Shown: positions 28,182-38,515 of the stretch, one piece after another | How the letters are laid out: each line of letters opens with the position of its first letter | Position numbering within the stretch: the stretch's first letter is position 1 | Assembly: GCA_965262915.1 (NCBI GenBank) | Contig: OZ253564.1 | Coordinates: forward strand, 3,552,001-3,616,000 | Direction of reading: 5' to 3' | DNA: 64,000 bases | From: Candidatus Spongiisociaceae bacterium | GTDB taxonomy: Bacteria; Actinomycetota; Acidimicrobiia; Spongiisociales; Spongiisociaceae | The notes under the pieces: model-generated | Databases searched by the model: none | Seen by the model: only the letters and a program-made list of their open reading frames with translations | Told to the model about the DNA's origin: nothing | Program-made: the position numbers and the translations under genes

Positions 28182-29048
28182 ATGGCGTCAGGAACCCTCC
28201 GCCTCGCCGTAGCGCAGCCACGGACGGTGGTGGAGCCTGACGCCGAGGTGAACGTTGCCCGGGCGGTCGCATTGACCGCCCGGGCTGCCGCCCAGGGGGC
28301 AGACCTGATCCTGTTCCCGGAGGGATATCCGGGACCCGTCCTCACCAAGCCGAAGGACATCTACCAAGCCGGTCCGGCCATGGAGTCCGCAGCAGCGGAG
28401 CACGGCATTGCGATCTGCTGGAGCAGGATGGAGCGGTGCGGCGACGGTAACTACCGGCTGGTGGTGTACGTGGTGGACAGATCGGGTCGTCAGGTGATGC
28501 GGTACGAGCGGGCCCATCCCGCCACTCTGCCGCCTGACGAGACCAGGGTCTGGGTGGCGCCGGGCGAGTCGTTGGCATTTCTCGAACTGGACGGCGTGGG
28601 AATCGGGATCGTGGTGTGCTCGGAACTGTGGATACCGGAGCCGACCCGGGTTCTCGCCCTGGGAGGCGCAGAGGTGATCCTGTCACCGGCCGGCGGTGGT
28701 TTCACCTCGCTGACGGACAACTGGCAGACCGTCGTCCGTGCCCGCGCCATCGAGAACCTGTGCTACGTGGCGATGACCAACAACATCTGGCGTGGCGAGG
28801 TCGGCGCGGCGATGATCGCAGGCCCCGAGTACGTGGCCGTTAGTTCGGGAACCGAGGAGTTGCTGCTGGCGACCCTCGATCTCGACCGGGTGGAGTGGCT
28901 GAGGTCTCACGACGACTCGATGGTCGAGCCCAAAGCATTCTCGTCGATACCGGGCCTGCTCAGGGCTAGACGACCCGAGCTGTACGAGGATCTGATCAAA
29001 CCGGGCCCTGACCTCTACGACTTCCATACCCCTCCCCCACCACGCTGA
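28182..29048 (+). CDS. Carbon-nitrogen hydrolase (nitrilase superfamily)
   Basis: LFPEG, VCSELWIPE, RARAIEN and RRPELY. Confidence 0.9.
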   Translation: MASGTLRLAVAQPRTVVEPDAEVNVARAVALTARAAAQGADLILFPEGYPGPVLTKPKDIYQAGPAMESAAAEHGIAICWSRMERCGDGNYRLVVYVVDRSGRQVMRYERAHPATLPPDETRVWVAPGESLAFLELDGVGIGIVVCSELWIPEPTRVLALGGAEVILSPAGGGFTSLTDNWQTVVRARAIENLCYVAMTNNIWRGEVGAAMIAGPEYVAVSSGTEELLLATLDLDRVEWLRSHDDSMVEPKAFSSIPGLLRARRPELYEDLIKPGPDLYDFHTPPPPR

Positions 29049-30397
29049 TGGGTCGGGGGATCCTGGTTAGGGGGGGATACATCCTCACGTCGTCCACGCC
29101 TGAGATGATCGAGGATGGCGCGGTGCGCATCGTCGGTTCTGCCATCGACGCGGTCGGCCGGTGGGCTGACCTCAGCGCTCGGCATCCCGACGACGAGGTC
29201 TACGGCAGCAGGCACTCGATCGTCACGCCCGGGTTTGTGAATACCCACGGCCATTTTTCGGAGGCCCTCTTCACCGGTATCGCGGAGGACTTCACCCTCG
29301 GGGAGTGGATCGAGGCGGTGATCAACCCCACCGCCCCCCATCACGACAACGAGATGGCCTACGTCGGGACACTCCTAGCGGGTATCCAGATGCTGCAGAC
29401 CGGGATCACGGTCGCCAGCGATATGTTCGTGTGCGACCCTGCGGACCAGCCCGTCACCCCCGGAGTCGTCCGGGCGTTGGACGAATTGGGATTGCGCGGC
29501 GTGGTCACCTTCGGCGCGGCAGACAGGAGGGGCGCGGCCGTATCAGCGATCCTGGAAGAGCACGCTGCCCTACGGGAGGCGTGCGAGGCGAGCCGGCTGT
29601 CCCGCTTCCGGGTAGGAATCGCCCTCCTCGGTGCCCAGTCACCGGAGCTCTTCGAGGAGTCCGTGACCCTGGCCGCCGATCATGGAAGCCACATCCACCT
29701 CCACGAGGTGCGCGAGGAGGTGACCGCGATCCGGGCTGCTACGGGACGCTCGCCCATCGAGCAGTGTGCGCGTCTGGGCCTGTTCGAGGGGCCGACCATC
29801 GCCGCCCATTGCGTGTGGGTGGACGAGCACGACCGGGACATCCTGGCCGAACACCAAGTCGGAGTGGCCCACAATCCGGTTTCGAACATGATCCTCGCCT
29901 CGGGAGTGTGCCCGGTCCCCGCCCTGCGCCGTCTCGGTGTAGCCGTCGGTATCGGGGTGGACGGTCCCGCCAGCAACGACCGCCAGGACATGCTCGAGGC
30001 GATCAAACTCGCGGTGCTGCTCCAGCGGGTCGACCACCTCCAAGCGACCGCGCTGTCAGCCCGCGACGCGCTGGCCATGGCCACCATAGATGGTGCCCGA
30101 TCCCTGTGCCTCGACGATGAACTCGGCTCGCTAGAACCCGGCAAGCAAGCCGACCTGGTGGTATTTGACGGCTCGTCGCCGGCTCTGGCCAACATCCACG
30201 ACCCGTTCCAGGCGGTCGTCTACTGCGCCGGTCCCCGAGAGGTGGCCGACGTGTGGGTGGCCGGATCCAGATCGGTAGCGAACGGGAAGGTCACCAACGT
30301 CGATGCAGCGGATGTGGTGGAACGGTCGCGGCCCCTCGCCCGGAAGCTCGCCCGACGCGCCGGGATCACGAAGCACTCATTGCTGGCTCAGCCCTGA
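29048..30397 (+). CDS. Amidohydrolase, AtzA/TrzA/MTA-SAH deaminase-like
   Basis: PGFVNTHGH, HIHLHE, AHCVW, HNPVSN and GVDGPASND. Confidence 0.92.
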   Translation: MGRGILVRGGYILTSSTPEMIEDGAVRIVGSAIDAVGRWADLSARHPDDEVYGSRHSIVTPGFVNTHGHFSEALFTGIAEDFTLGEWIEAVINPTAPHHDNEMAYVGTLLAGIQMLQTGITVASDMFVCDPADQPVTPGVVRALDELGLRGVVTFGAADRRGAAVSAILEEHAALREACEASRLSRFRVGIALLGAQSPELFEESVTLAADHGSHIHLHEVREEVTAIRAATGRSPIEQCARLGLFEGPTIAAHCVWVDEHDRDILAEHQVGVAHNPVSNMILASGVCPVPALRRLGVAVGIGVDGPASNDRQDMLEAIKLAVLLQRVDHLQATALSARDALAMATIDGARSLCLDDELGSLEPGKQADLVVFDGSSPALANIHDPFQAVVYCAGPREVADVWVAGSRSVANGKVTNVDAADVVERSRPLARKLARRAGITKHSLLAQP

Positions 30398-30789
30398 GCC
30401 GGGAGCCGACCGAACCCTCTTCGATCGATCTCCACACCGGTGCCATCGCCAGTCAAGGCGAGGCTTCACGGTGGATATCCCTCCGTCGAACGGTAATCCG
30501 GAACGAGACCCCTGCATCCGGTCGAGGCCTCCCCCGCCTCCGCAACTACTCCGGCGCCTGTATCTCGGCGGAGAGTGGCGGTGGCTCGTGAGCCTCATTT
30601 GGGTTTCTCCAGTATCGCGTTTGGGGGTTAACCAGCTTCCTGAGCTGCCGCGTCGGGGAACCCTTTGTTCGCGGAGAACCGGGCTGGAACCTGTTGGCTC
30701 CCATCGTGCACCAGTAAATCGAGGAGAGACCTACCGTCGGATCCGAGTGTCCTCCCCACGGAGAGACATCCGTCTAGGAGGTTTGGCTA

Positions 30790-32455
30790 GTGCTCAGGAT
30801 CACAGTCCGGAACCTAGCGGTCGCTCTCGTCCTCATCGCGGCTTCGGGAGCGACGATCCCGGGGGCAGCGGCGGCGCGGGTATCGGATCAGCCACCGCAA
30901 CATGTGACGGCAACACCGATCGGTGGCGGGAAGCTACATGTTTCGTGGTTGGAGCCTTTGGAGATCACAGGGTCCACAACCAGCTACCGGCACAAGATAC
31001 AGTGGAAGTCCGGTTCTCAAGAGTACAGCGAGACACGAGGTGATCTCGACAGGTTCTGACAGGTACATCCTGCACCAAGCTAGCTACCTGGACAGCCCTG
31101 TCCTACGCTACGATTGGTTCCATCGTATTACTGGACTAAAAACCGGTGTCGCGTACACCGTCAGAGTCATCAGGACGAACGCTGACGGTGACAGCCAGCC
31201 CTCCTATGAGGCTACTGCTACTCCCATTACAGCCGAAGAGATCCTGCGGATGACAGTGGAGAAGCTCATCACACAGTACGGCGGAGACTCTCCTTGGATC
31301 CAACAAACCTGGCAATACCTCCAAGATAACAACATACCGTTCTACGTTGATGAGGTCGATAGTGGGAGTAGCGGCAAGTATGACGGCTTATGTGACCCCG
31401 ATCCCTCCTCAGGACTCCACATATGCACCACACGGGCAATACTGCTAGACGACCCGATGAACCAAGACCTCATCCTGCATGAGTTCGCGCATGCTTACTC
31501 ACTGGATGTCAAGATCCTGGAGGATCATCCCGAAGAGGCGGAGGACATCGCGATCGCTTTTGTATACCTGGATACGCTATTGGAAGAAGCGAATGGTATT
31601 TGTAACAGGGAAGAGTTCCTAGCGGACCTGATGAGTCTCCGGGACCTGGGTAACAAAGCATATCCATGGTATTGGACGGAATGCGGGCACACACCGATTA
31701 CCGATAAGGCACTTGGTATCATAGGTAGAGCACTTGAAGGTAGCAGGCCGGAATGGTTTACCGAGACGTACTCCGAATCAGGCGTTCCGAACCTTGAACA
31801 GTTCTGGACGGACATCCAACAATTCGTGCCGCGTATTGCCAACTACCACAAAGAGGAACAGAAGTCCGTAGTCTATCACCTTCGTAACGCGTTCGGAGGA
31901 TACTGCGACAACGCGAATGCCACCGCTTCCATGTTCGGCGATGGACCGACCAGGAACCCGTGGCGGGACGGTGGATGCGTACCAGCCGCGCCGCTGGTGC
32001 GCCTTGCTTCTGGCGGTGATGGAGATGTGTCAGTCTCGTGGACCGTTCCCGGCGATGACGGCGGCGCGCCGATCGAGGGCTACAGACTGCAGTGGAAATC
32101 CGACGGTCAACAGTACGACCGGTCACGGCAGGTGGTGATCAGCGACCCGTCGACTCTCTACTTCCGTCCCGATGGTCTTATACCAGGTATCCGACATCAA
32201 GTGCGGGTCCTCGCCTACAACACCAACGGTGACGGCACACCCTCAGACGACGTCACGGTGGTCACCGATGGCGACCTGTACCTGCACGCCGAATCCAATC
32301 CGACCTGGAGCGCCGGTACCGTAACCTCCAGAACGGAGACAAGCATCGGCCATCCCGACTCTGTGATATGGGGTTGGCCGACCTCAACGAGTCCGGTTAC
32401 CCCGGTGTGGCAGGCGACCGGATCAGCAATTCCCAGCGTGCGCAGCGTCCCGTAG
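30790..32455 (+). pseudogene. Frameshifted secreted FN3-domain protein with an HExxH metallopeptidase-like domain
   Basis: Signal peptide and FN3 start (30790-31059, ...QWKSGSQEYSETR) continue in another frame (EVIST...GLKTGVAYTVRV). Then ILHEFAH and a second FN3 (VSWTVPGDDGGAPIEGYRLQWKS). Confidence 0.7.
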
Positions 32456-32588
32456 AACCTCACCTTGCGGCCCCGATGTCCTTTGAGAGGCAGAGACTTG
32501 ATACATATGCGGAGATTATGCGGCACGCACGGAGCCCGCGACACGTATGTGTAACGCAAGAAGCAAGGCCGGACTTTCTTTGGTGAAT

Positions 32589-33578
32589 CTAGGTTATTCC
32601 GCCATCCTTACCGTGCTGCACAATCAGGGTCCTATGCGGGAACGGCATCTCTATGCCCGCGGCATCAAGCGCCTCCTTGATCCGAAGGCGTAACTCGCGT
32701 TCCGTCCTCCACTGCACGGAAGACCGTGTCTTGGCCCTTACCCGTATGAAGATGCCGGATTCACCCAGGGATTGAACGCCCTTGACTTGGGGCGGTTCGG
32801 ATAGTTCGTCTCCACCCCATTCGGGGTCTTCCCACATCTCTTGCCCGGCTTGGCGGATTACTTCCATCGCTTGGCGCAGGTCACAGTCGTACGAGACTTC
32901 TACATCTATCTGCGCTCGAGCCCATAGCTGAGAGAAGTTCGCCACAAAGTCTATTCTGCCGTTGGGAACAGTCCAGACGACACCCTGGCGAGTCCGGATC
33001 GAAGTCGACCTGAGAGAGACCTTCTCCACGGTTCCCCGGCCCTTTCCGAAATCGATGTCATCCCCAACGCTGTACGTGTCCTCAATCATCATGAACAGGC
33101 CACTCAAGAAATCTTCGATAGCTGCTTTGGACCCGAAACCTATGGCGACACCGGCGATACCGGCGCCGGCGATGAGTGGGGCCAGGTTGATGCCGAGTTG
33201 GCCTAGAGCCAGCAACCCCGTAAACACCCATATGAGGATCAGGGCCACACTACGAAACACGGTGGCCAGGGTGTCGGCCCTGGCCTTGGCTCGTAACTCT
33301 TCCGCTTCTTGCGAGACCAAGGGATCGCGCCCCACATCCCTGAGCGACGGCCTGTCTATCTTTTCCCTGAAATGTTCGATAGCCCGCTTGACAACCCGAG
33401 ACACCAGCCATCCGACCAGCAGTATCAGCAGAACCGTCAACCCGCGTTCGACGAACCAGGTCGCCAGTTCGGCCAGCAACCTGCTACCCGACCATTCGTA
33501 GACCCTTTCGCATACGAAGGTCGGTTGCTCGCCACATACCGCTGATACTTCGATGCCGGCTTGGGCTAGAACGATCAT
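32589..33578 (-). CDS. mscS: Small-conductance mechanosensitive channel family protein
   Basis: PLIAGAGIAGVAIGFG, GTVEKVSLRST, VPNG and GIEMPFP. Confidence 0.9.
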   Translation of the reverse strand: MIVLAQAGIEVSAVCGEQPTFVCERVYEWSGSRLLAELATWFVERGLTVLLILLVGWLVSRVVKRAIEHFREKIDRPSLRDVGRDPLVSQEAEELRAKARADTLATVFRSVALILIWVFTGLLALGQLGINLAPLIAGAGIAGVAIGFGSKAAIEDFLSGLFMMIEDTYSVGDDIDFGKGRGTVEKVSLRSTSIRTRQGVVWTVPNGRIDFVANFSQLWARAQIDVEVSYDCDLRQAMEVIRQAGQEMWEDPEWGGDELSEPPQVKGVQSLGESGIFIRVRAKTRSSVQWRTERELRLRIKEALDAAGIEMPFPHRTLIVQHGKDGGIT

Positions 33579-33697
33579 GGGGACACACCTTCGCTTGGAT
33601 TCGGGGAATGAGCCAACGGGGTGGGGTAGAACCGGATCCTAGCGCCTACCGGCGCTCTCAGGAGGAAGGCTCGCCTTTGGACCGCTCCCGGAAACCC

Positions 33698-34591
33698 TCA
33701 AGCCGTGGCCTGTTCGACCCGTAGCTTGAACGTCCGGGCGGAGTGCTGATCCAGCGCCCAATCCACCTCGATGACCTCGGGCAGCTTCGAGCGCTGCTCG
33801 CCGGACAGCCCGAGAGCATGAGTGGTCACCAGAACATCGTGCGGTCCCAGATCCGGAATGTCGTCCGCGCTACCCATGTGCGTCTCGATGCGACCCGCGT
33901 AATACTGCCTCACCAGTGACGAGATCCTCTCGATCCCTCTGGATGTCGGCAGGACCACTACGACCCGCCGGCGAGGGTCGAGCGTGGCGATGCGCCGGAG
34001 TGCGCCGGCCGAGGGAACGAAGTTGAGTTCCACGACCCGGTCCAGTCCTGGTGTCCGGCTGGCGATATCAGCCAGATGGAAGATAGGGACCGCCACCACA
34101 TCGAACTTCTTGTCCCAATCGTCGGACAGCTCCTCCAGGAGTACGGGCCTCACCACGACTCCGGTCGCGTTCTCGATAATGCGAGACATACGCTCGAGAT
34201 CGAATACGTTGCATTCGGCAAAGGCGGTCTGGGCGCTGGTGGTCGCAGAGACGAGTGCCTGCTCGAACATCTTCTCGATCCTGGATGCGGCGTACCCGGC
34301 TGCCATCGCCCGCGAGACGATGCGGACCAGGTCGTCGACGATCTGGGGTTCGGAGTCGACCCGGGACGGTTGCGTGGCAGTGACGAAAGTCCCCCGGCGT
34401 TCCTCGGTCCTTACCAGCCCATCGGCAGCCAATCGCCTGAGAGCACGGCTTACCGTGGAAGGATTGGAATCGAGGGCCCGGGCGAGGGCCCGGCAGGAAG
34501 GAAGGCGCGAACCGAGGGGGAAAGCACCCGAGCCGAGACGTTCCAGAACCAGCATGTAAACGTCATCCACGGATCGTGGCAGACGATTCAT
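33698..34591 (-). CDS. GntR-family transcriptional regulator with atypical C-terminal domain
   Basis: RLPSCRALARALDSNPSTVSRALRRLAADGLV...RGTFV winged HTH. Confidence 0.85.
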   Translation of the reverse strand: MNRLPRSVDDVYMLVLERLGSGAFPLGSRLPSCRALARALDSNPSTVSRALRRLAADGLVRTEERRGTFVTATQPSRVDSEPQIVDDLVRIVSRAMAAGYAASRIEKMFEQALVSATTSAQTAFAECNVFDLERMSRIIENATGVVVRPVLLEELSDDWDKKFDVVAVPIFHLADIASRTPGLDRVVELNFVPSAGALRRIATLDPRRRVVVVLPTSRGIERISSLVRQYYAGRIETHMGSADDIPDLGPHDVLVTTHALGLSGEQRSKLPEVIEVDWALDQHSARTFKLRVEQATA

Positions 34592-35559
34592 CGCTTCCTC
34601 CCGGTGTACAACGTGAGGGGGGCCTCATACGGTAGGAGTCGGGGCTCTTCGAAGCCCGCTTCCTCGAGCATGGCTTCCAGGGTCTGCCGCGCATGGGCTG
34701 CCCCTCCGGTCTCGACCCGCATCATCACATCGAAGAGCCTCCCGAACGCGCCGGGACCACGGTCGGCGGCGAAGTCGTTGACGACAACCCGGCCACCCGA
34801 CACCAAGGATCTCCGGACTCGCCTCAGCAGATCGACCCCCGCATTCCGGGGGAGATCGTGCAGCAGGTGCGACACCAGGGCCGCATCCATCGAACCCGGC
34901 GGGACACCGCAGGAGGGGTGCTCGAAGAGGTCGACCCCGATGACCGATACGCCCGTACCCGCCAGGCGATCCGCCGCCCACTCCGCCACCCGTGGCAGGT
35001 CCACCAGCGTGACCGTCGACCCGGCCTCGTCCAGCAGCCTCGAATAGGTCCCCAGACCTCCCCCCACGTCCAGCACCCGTTTGCGCGGTGCGAGATCGGC
35101 GATCTGTCGCAGCGGCGGTCCGCCGATCCTGGCCAGGACGTCAAGCGCTTCGAGAAAGGCACGCGCCCGGGCAGGGCGGGTTTCCAACATCGATCTCCAG
35201 GGCTCCATTACCGGACGACCCTCCACGATTACCTTGTCGAGATGGGCCCAGGCTTCCGCGAAGACGGCTTCCTTGGCTACGACCAGAGCCATCTGCCCGT
35301 CCCGGCCGAGGCGACAGACCGCATAGCGAGTGGCGGCGTACCCGTCCGCAGACCTCCCCACCAGGCCAAGGGAGCAGAGCGCTTCCAGCAGCGCAGCCAG
35401 GTTGGATGGATCTGCCGCAAGTTTGGCGGCCAGATCCTCGGCCCGCATCGGGACACGCCCCAGAGTCTCGAACACCCCGAGCCGCAGGGCGGTGGTGACC
35501 ACGGCAGCGGGCTGGTAGCCGGTTATGAGGTCGATCAGAGCCCAGTCGTTGTCGATCAT
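34588..35559 (-). CDS. SAM-dependent O-methyltransferase family 2 (dimerisation domain + MTase)
   Basis: ALRLGVFE, VLDVGGGLG, VDLP and SHLLHD. Confidence 0.88.
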   Translation of the reverse strand: MIDNDWALIDLITGYQPAAVVTTALRLGVFETLGRVPMRAEDLAAKLAADPSNLAALLEALCSLGLVGRSADGYAATRYAVCRLGRDGQMALVVAKEAVFAEAWAHLDKVIVEGRPVMEPWRSMLETRPARARAFLEALDVLARIGGPPLRQIADLAPRKRVLDVGGGLGTYSRLLDEAGSTVTLVDLPRVAEWAADRLAGTGVSVIGVDLFEHPSCGVPPGSMDAALVSHLLHDLPRNAGVDLLRRVRRSLVSGGRVVVNDFAADRGPGAFGRLFDVMMRVETGGAAHARQTLEAMLEEAGFEEPRLLPYEAPLTLYTGRKR

Positions 35560-37130
35560 CGGCGTCTCAGACTTCGGTACAGGCGCCAGCCTCGCCAGGC
35601 GGCTGCGAGCCCGGATAGCCTGTCGCCGCGTACGCCTCTTCGACCAAGGTCCCCCAGGAGTGCCAGCGCGGCGTTCCTACCCGGCAGCCCGGACAGACCT
35701 CCTCCTGGGAAGGTCCCGGCGCCGGAGAGATAGAGCCATGGTACGTCGGCACGGTATCCGAGCCCGGTCGGGGGCCTCAGCGAGAACATCTGGTCGATGG
35801 TCATGTCTATGTGGTTGGGGTTCCCGAAGACGGCACCCGTGCGCCTCTCCCATGCGGGCGGTCCGGTGACCCTCATATCGACTATCCGGTCCCTGATGTC
35901 ATCCCCGGTCACGGCTACGAAACCATCGATGAGCCAGTCGGCCGTCTCGGCGACCGCCTCCTCGGTCCAATCGCCCCCGTGTAGGCGGGCCGGGACGAAG
36001 GTCGACATCCATGACGTTCCCCCACCCTGTGGCGCTGCCGAGGGATCGAGAGCGGACGGCGACGCCCAGAGCAGGGACGGTTCGGAAGGGCGGAGACCGG
36101 CCGCTATCTCCCCGAAGGAACGGGTCATCGCGCCTGGTCGCGGCTGGAGCATCCAGATGGCCTCCGGAGTTCCGAAGCCTCCCGGTTCAGCCGGGGCGGA
36201 AAGCGCTAAGTCGACCTTGAACTCGGCAACGTTGAGCGAACCGCTGGTTGCCATCCGTCCGGCATCCGTCACGGCGCGAGGTGGGCGGACGAGGAGGCGG
36301 CTGGTTCGTCGACTGTCGAGGGTGGACACCACCATGTCGAATCGTTCGCCGACGCCTACGGAGGTGGTGATGACGACACCCCGGTCCGACCCGTCCACCG
36401 ATGTTACGGCTGCGCTGTTGCGGAGTTCTCCCCCGGCGGAGTCCAGGGCGGCTGCCAGAGCATTGATCAACTGGACGGATCCGCCTATGGGCCTACCTGG
36501 ACCGTGACCGTGCGATCCGGCGAGCAGAAAACCGAACAGCCCCGTCCCGGGCAACCACGGAGGGAGTTGGGTGAACGCCCCGTACATGGTGAGCGCACCC
36601 GCCAGGTGCGGATCGCTCACATAGGTACCCACGATCTTTTCGGACGAACCCAAGATGAGGTGAAGGGGATCCATGCCTCCGATAGGACCGACTCGGGCGA
36701 TATCCGCGAGCGAAGGACCCTTCGACATTCCATCGAGCATCGCGAAGAGGTCGGAACCGACCCGCGATAGCGTCTCGTAGCCGGCGATGTCCTCCGGTTC
36801 CAGACGGGAGAAACCCCTGAGGGTGGTTTCGAGGTCTCGGTGGAACAGCAGCCGGGTTCCGTCCCCGTATGCGGCCCCGGCGGTCACATCCCGGAACACG
36901 TATTCCAGCCCGAACCGGGCGAGACCCAACTCGTCGACTACAGCGAGGATGGGGCCATGGTCTATCGCGCCGCGTTCGAGACGATGGCCCGACTGGAGCT
37001 GGTCTGTCCATATGCAACCTCCGGGCGTTGCGTTCGCTTCGAAGACCGTCACCTGCAGACCTGCGTTGGCGAGGAAGCAGGCACAGACGAGCCCGTTGTG
37101 GCCGCCACCGATTACTGCGACCCTGGTCAT
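35556..37130 (-). CDS. Phytoene desaturase-like / PYROXD2-like FAD-dependent oxidoreductase
   Basis: IGGGHNGLVCA, GNPNHID and LYLSGAGTFPGGGLSGLPGRNAA. Confidence 0.88.
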   Translation of the reverse strand: MTRVAVIGGGHNGLVCACFLANAGLQVTVFEANATPGGCIWTDQLQSGHRLERGAIDHGPILAVVDELGLARFGLEYVFRDVTAGAAYGDGTRLLFHRDLETTLRGFSRLEPEDIAGYETLSRVGSDLFAMLDGMSKGPSLADIARVGPIGGMDPLHLILGSSEKIVGTYVSDPHLAGALTMYGAFTQLPPWLPGTGLFGFLLAGSHGHGPGRPIGGSVQLINALAAALDSAGGELRNSAAVTSVDGSDRGVVITTSVGVGERFDMVVSTLDSRRTSRLLVRPPRAVTDAGRMATSGSLNVAEFKVDLALSAPAEPGGFGTPEAIWMLQPRPGAMTRSFGEIAAGLRPSEPSLLWASPSALDPSAAPQGGGTSWMSTFVPARLHGGDWTEEAVAETADWLIDGFVAVTGDDIRDRIVDMRVTGPPAWERRTGAVFGNPNHIDMTIDQMFSLRPPTGLGYRADVPWLYLSGAGTFPGGGLSGLPGRNAALALLGDLGRRGVRGDRLSGLAAAWRGWRLYRSLRRR

Positions 37131-38515
37131 AGGGAGGAGTGGACGCCGGTCAGCCCTGCTCGGGCTGCCACGGTACGGGCCAGCGCACGGCTCCGGCCGA
37201 TCTGTTGGGGTTCGTCGATCGTGGTCAGCTCCCCGTCGGCGAGCAGCCGGCGCCCGTCCACCCAGACGTTGCTCACCGACCGGGGCCCGGCACAGTAGAC
37301 GACCTGCTGGTACGGATCGTGGATGGCGGCCAACTCGACGGTAGGGTCGAGAAGCACTACGTCGGCCCGCTTGCCGACCTTGAGGCTCCCGACAGTGCCG
37401 TCGACCCCCAGCGCACGGGCCCCGCCCAGGGTTGCCATCTCCAAAGCGTCATAGGCTGACATCACGGCCGGATCGAGGTGGTGCACCTTCTGCAGGAGGG
37501 CGGCCATCTTGACCGCCTCGAACATGTTCTGGGAGTCGTTGGAGGCGGGACCATCCGTGCCGATCCCGATCGCGAGACCCGCCGCCTTGAGGCGTCCGAG
37601 AGGGCATACACCGGAGCCGAGGATCATGTTGGCAACCGGGTTGTGGGCGACACCGACGCCGTGCGCGGAGAGCACATCGATGTCCTCCTGGGTGACCCAG
37701 ATGACGTGGGCCGCAAGCATCGGCATGTCTAGGAAGCCGAGGACGGACGCCATGGGTATCGGTCGCCGCCCCCAGCGCAGAGAGGCGTCGACGACCTCCT
37801 CCCTCACCTCCGCGAGGTGGGTGTGGACGGACCAATCGTTCTCCCGACAGGCGGCGGCACCGGCCTCGAGGAGCTCGTCGGACTGGCCGAGCAGGGTCCC
37901 GATCCCGTACCTGAAGTCCAGCATCTCCGATTCGCCTGCGGCCCTGGCCAGGTCGTGGTGCTCCTCGAGCACTTCATCCACCGACATGGCGGGTACCGAC
38001 GTCGTCTCTCCGAGAGCGTCCTCGGCGCCGAAGCTGACCGTGCCCCGCAGTCCGGCGTGTCTGAGACCTTCGACGACCCCGAGAGAGGCGCGGGTCCCGG
38101 GGTTGGAGTGAACGAACATGTCGTTCACATAGGTGATCCCGCTGCGGATCATCTCGATGGCTTTGAGCAGGGTTCCCTCGCGGGCCATCTCGAAGGTGAG
38201 GTTGCGGGATACGGGCGTGACGATGTCCTGGCCCCACTCGTAGAGCATCTTCTCCGAACCCATACCTGGTATCAGGGCTTCGGAGAGGTGGGTGTGGATA
38301 TTGACCATCCCCGGTATCACGATCCCGTTCCCGTCTCCGACCACCGGGGCGCTCGGGTGGAGGCGTCTCAGACGGCTGTACGGGCCGACGTCGGTGACTG
38401 TGCCTTCTGAGAGGCAGACCGCGCCGTCGGATACGGCGCCGCCCGAGCCCATGGTCAGGATCCAGGCAGCCCGCACCACCACCGTCTCGCGTGGCGGCAA
38501 GCACCTCATCGTCAA
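37127..38515 (-). CDS. Amidohydrolase, AtzA/TrzA/MTA-SAH deaminase-like
   Basis: PGMVNIHTH, HTHLAE, HNPVAN and GTDGPASND. Confidence 0.92.
   Translation of the reverse strand: MTMRCLPPRETVVVRAAWILTMGSGGAVSDGAVCLSEGTVTDVGPYSRLRRLHPSAPVVGDGNGIVIPGMVNIHTHLSEALIPGMGSEKMLYEWGQDIVTPVSRNLTFEMAREGTLLKAIEMIRSGITYVNDMFVHSNPGTRASLGVVEGLRHAGLRGTVSFGAEDALGETTSVPAMSVDEVLEEHHDLARAAGESEMLDFRYGIGTLLGQSDELLEAGAAACRENDWSVHTHLAEVREEVVDASLRWGRRPIPMASVLGFLDMPMLAAHVIWVTQEDIDVLSAHGVGVAHNPVANMILGSGVCPLGRLKAAGLAIGIGTDGPASNDSQNMFEAVKMAALLQKVHHLDPAVMSAYDALEMATLGGARALGVDGTVGSLKVGKRADVVLLDPTVELAAIHDPYQQVVYCAGPRSVSNVWVDGRRLLADGELTTIDEPQQIGRSRALARTVAARAGLTGVHSSL

Noticed and set aside
30398-30789. Possible ncRNA or small ORF in a 390-bp intergenic gap
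   Set aside because: No recognisable RNA motif, repeat or protein signature.
34588-37130. Carotenoid biosynthesis (crtI/crtF)
   Set aside because: No phytoene synthase, cyclase or GGPP synthase nearby; the GGGHNGL-type family is broader than CrtI.
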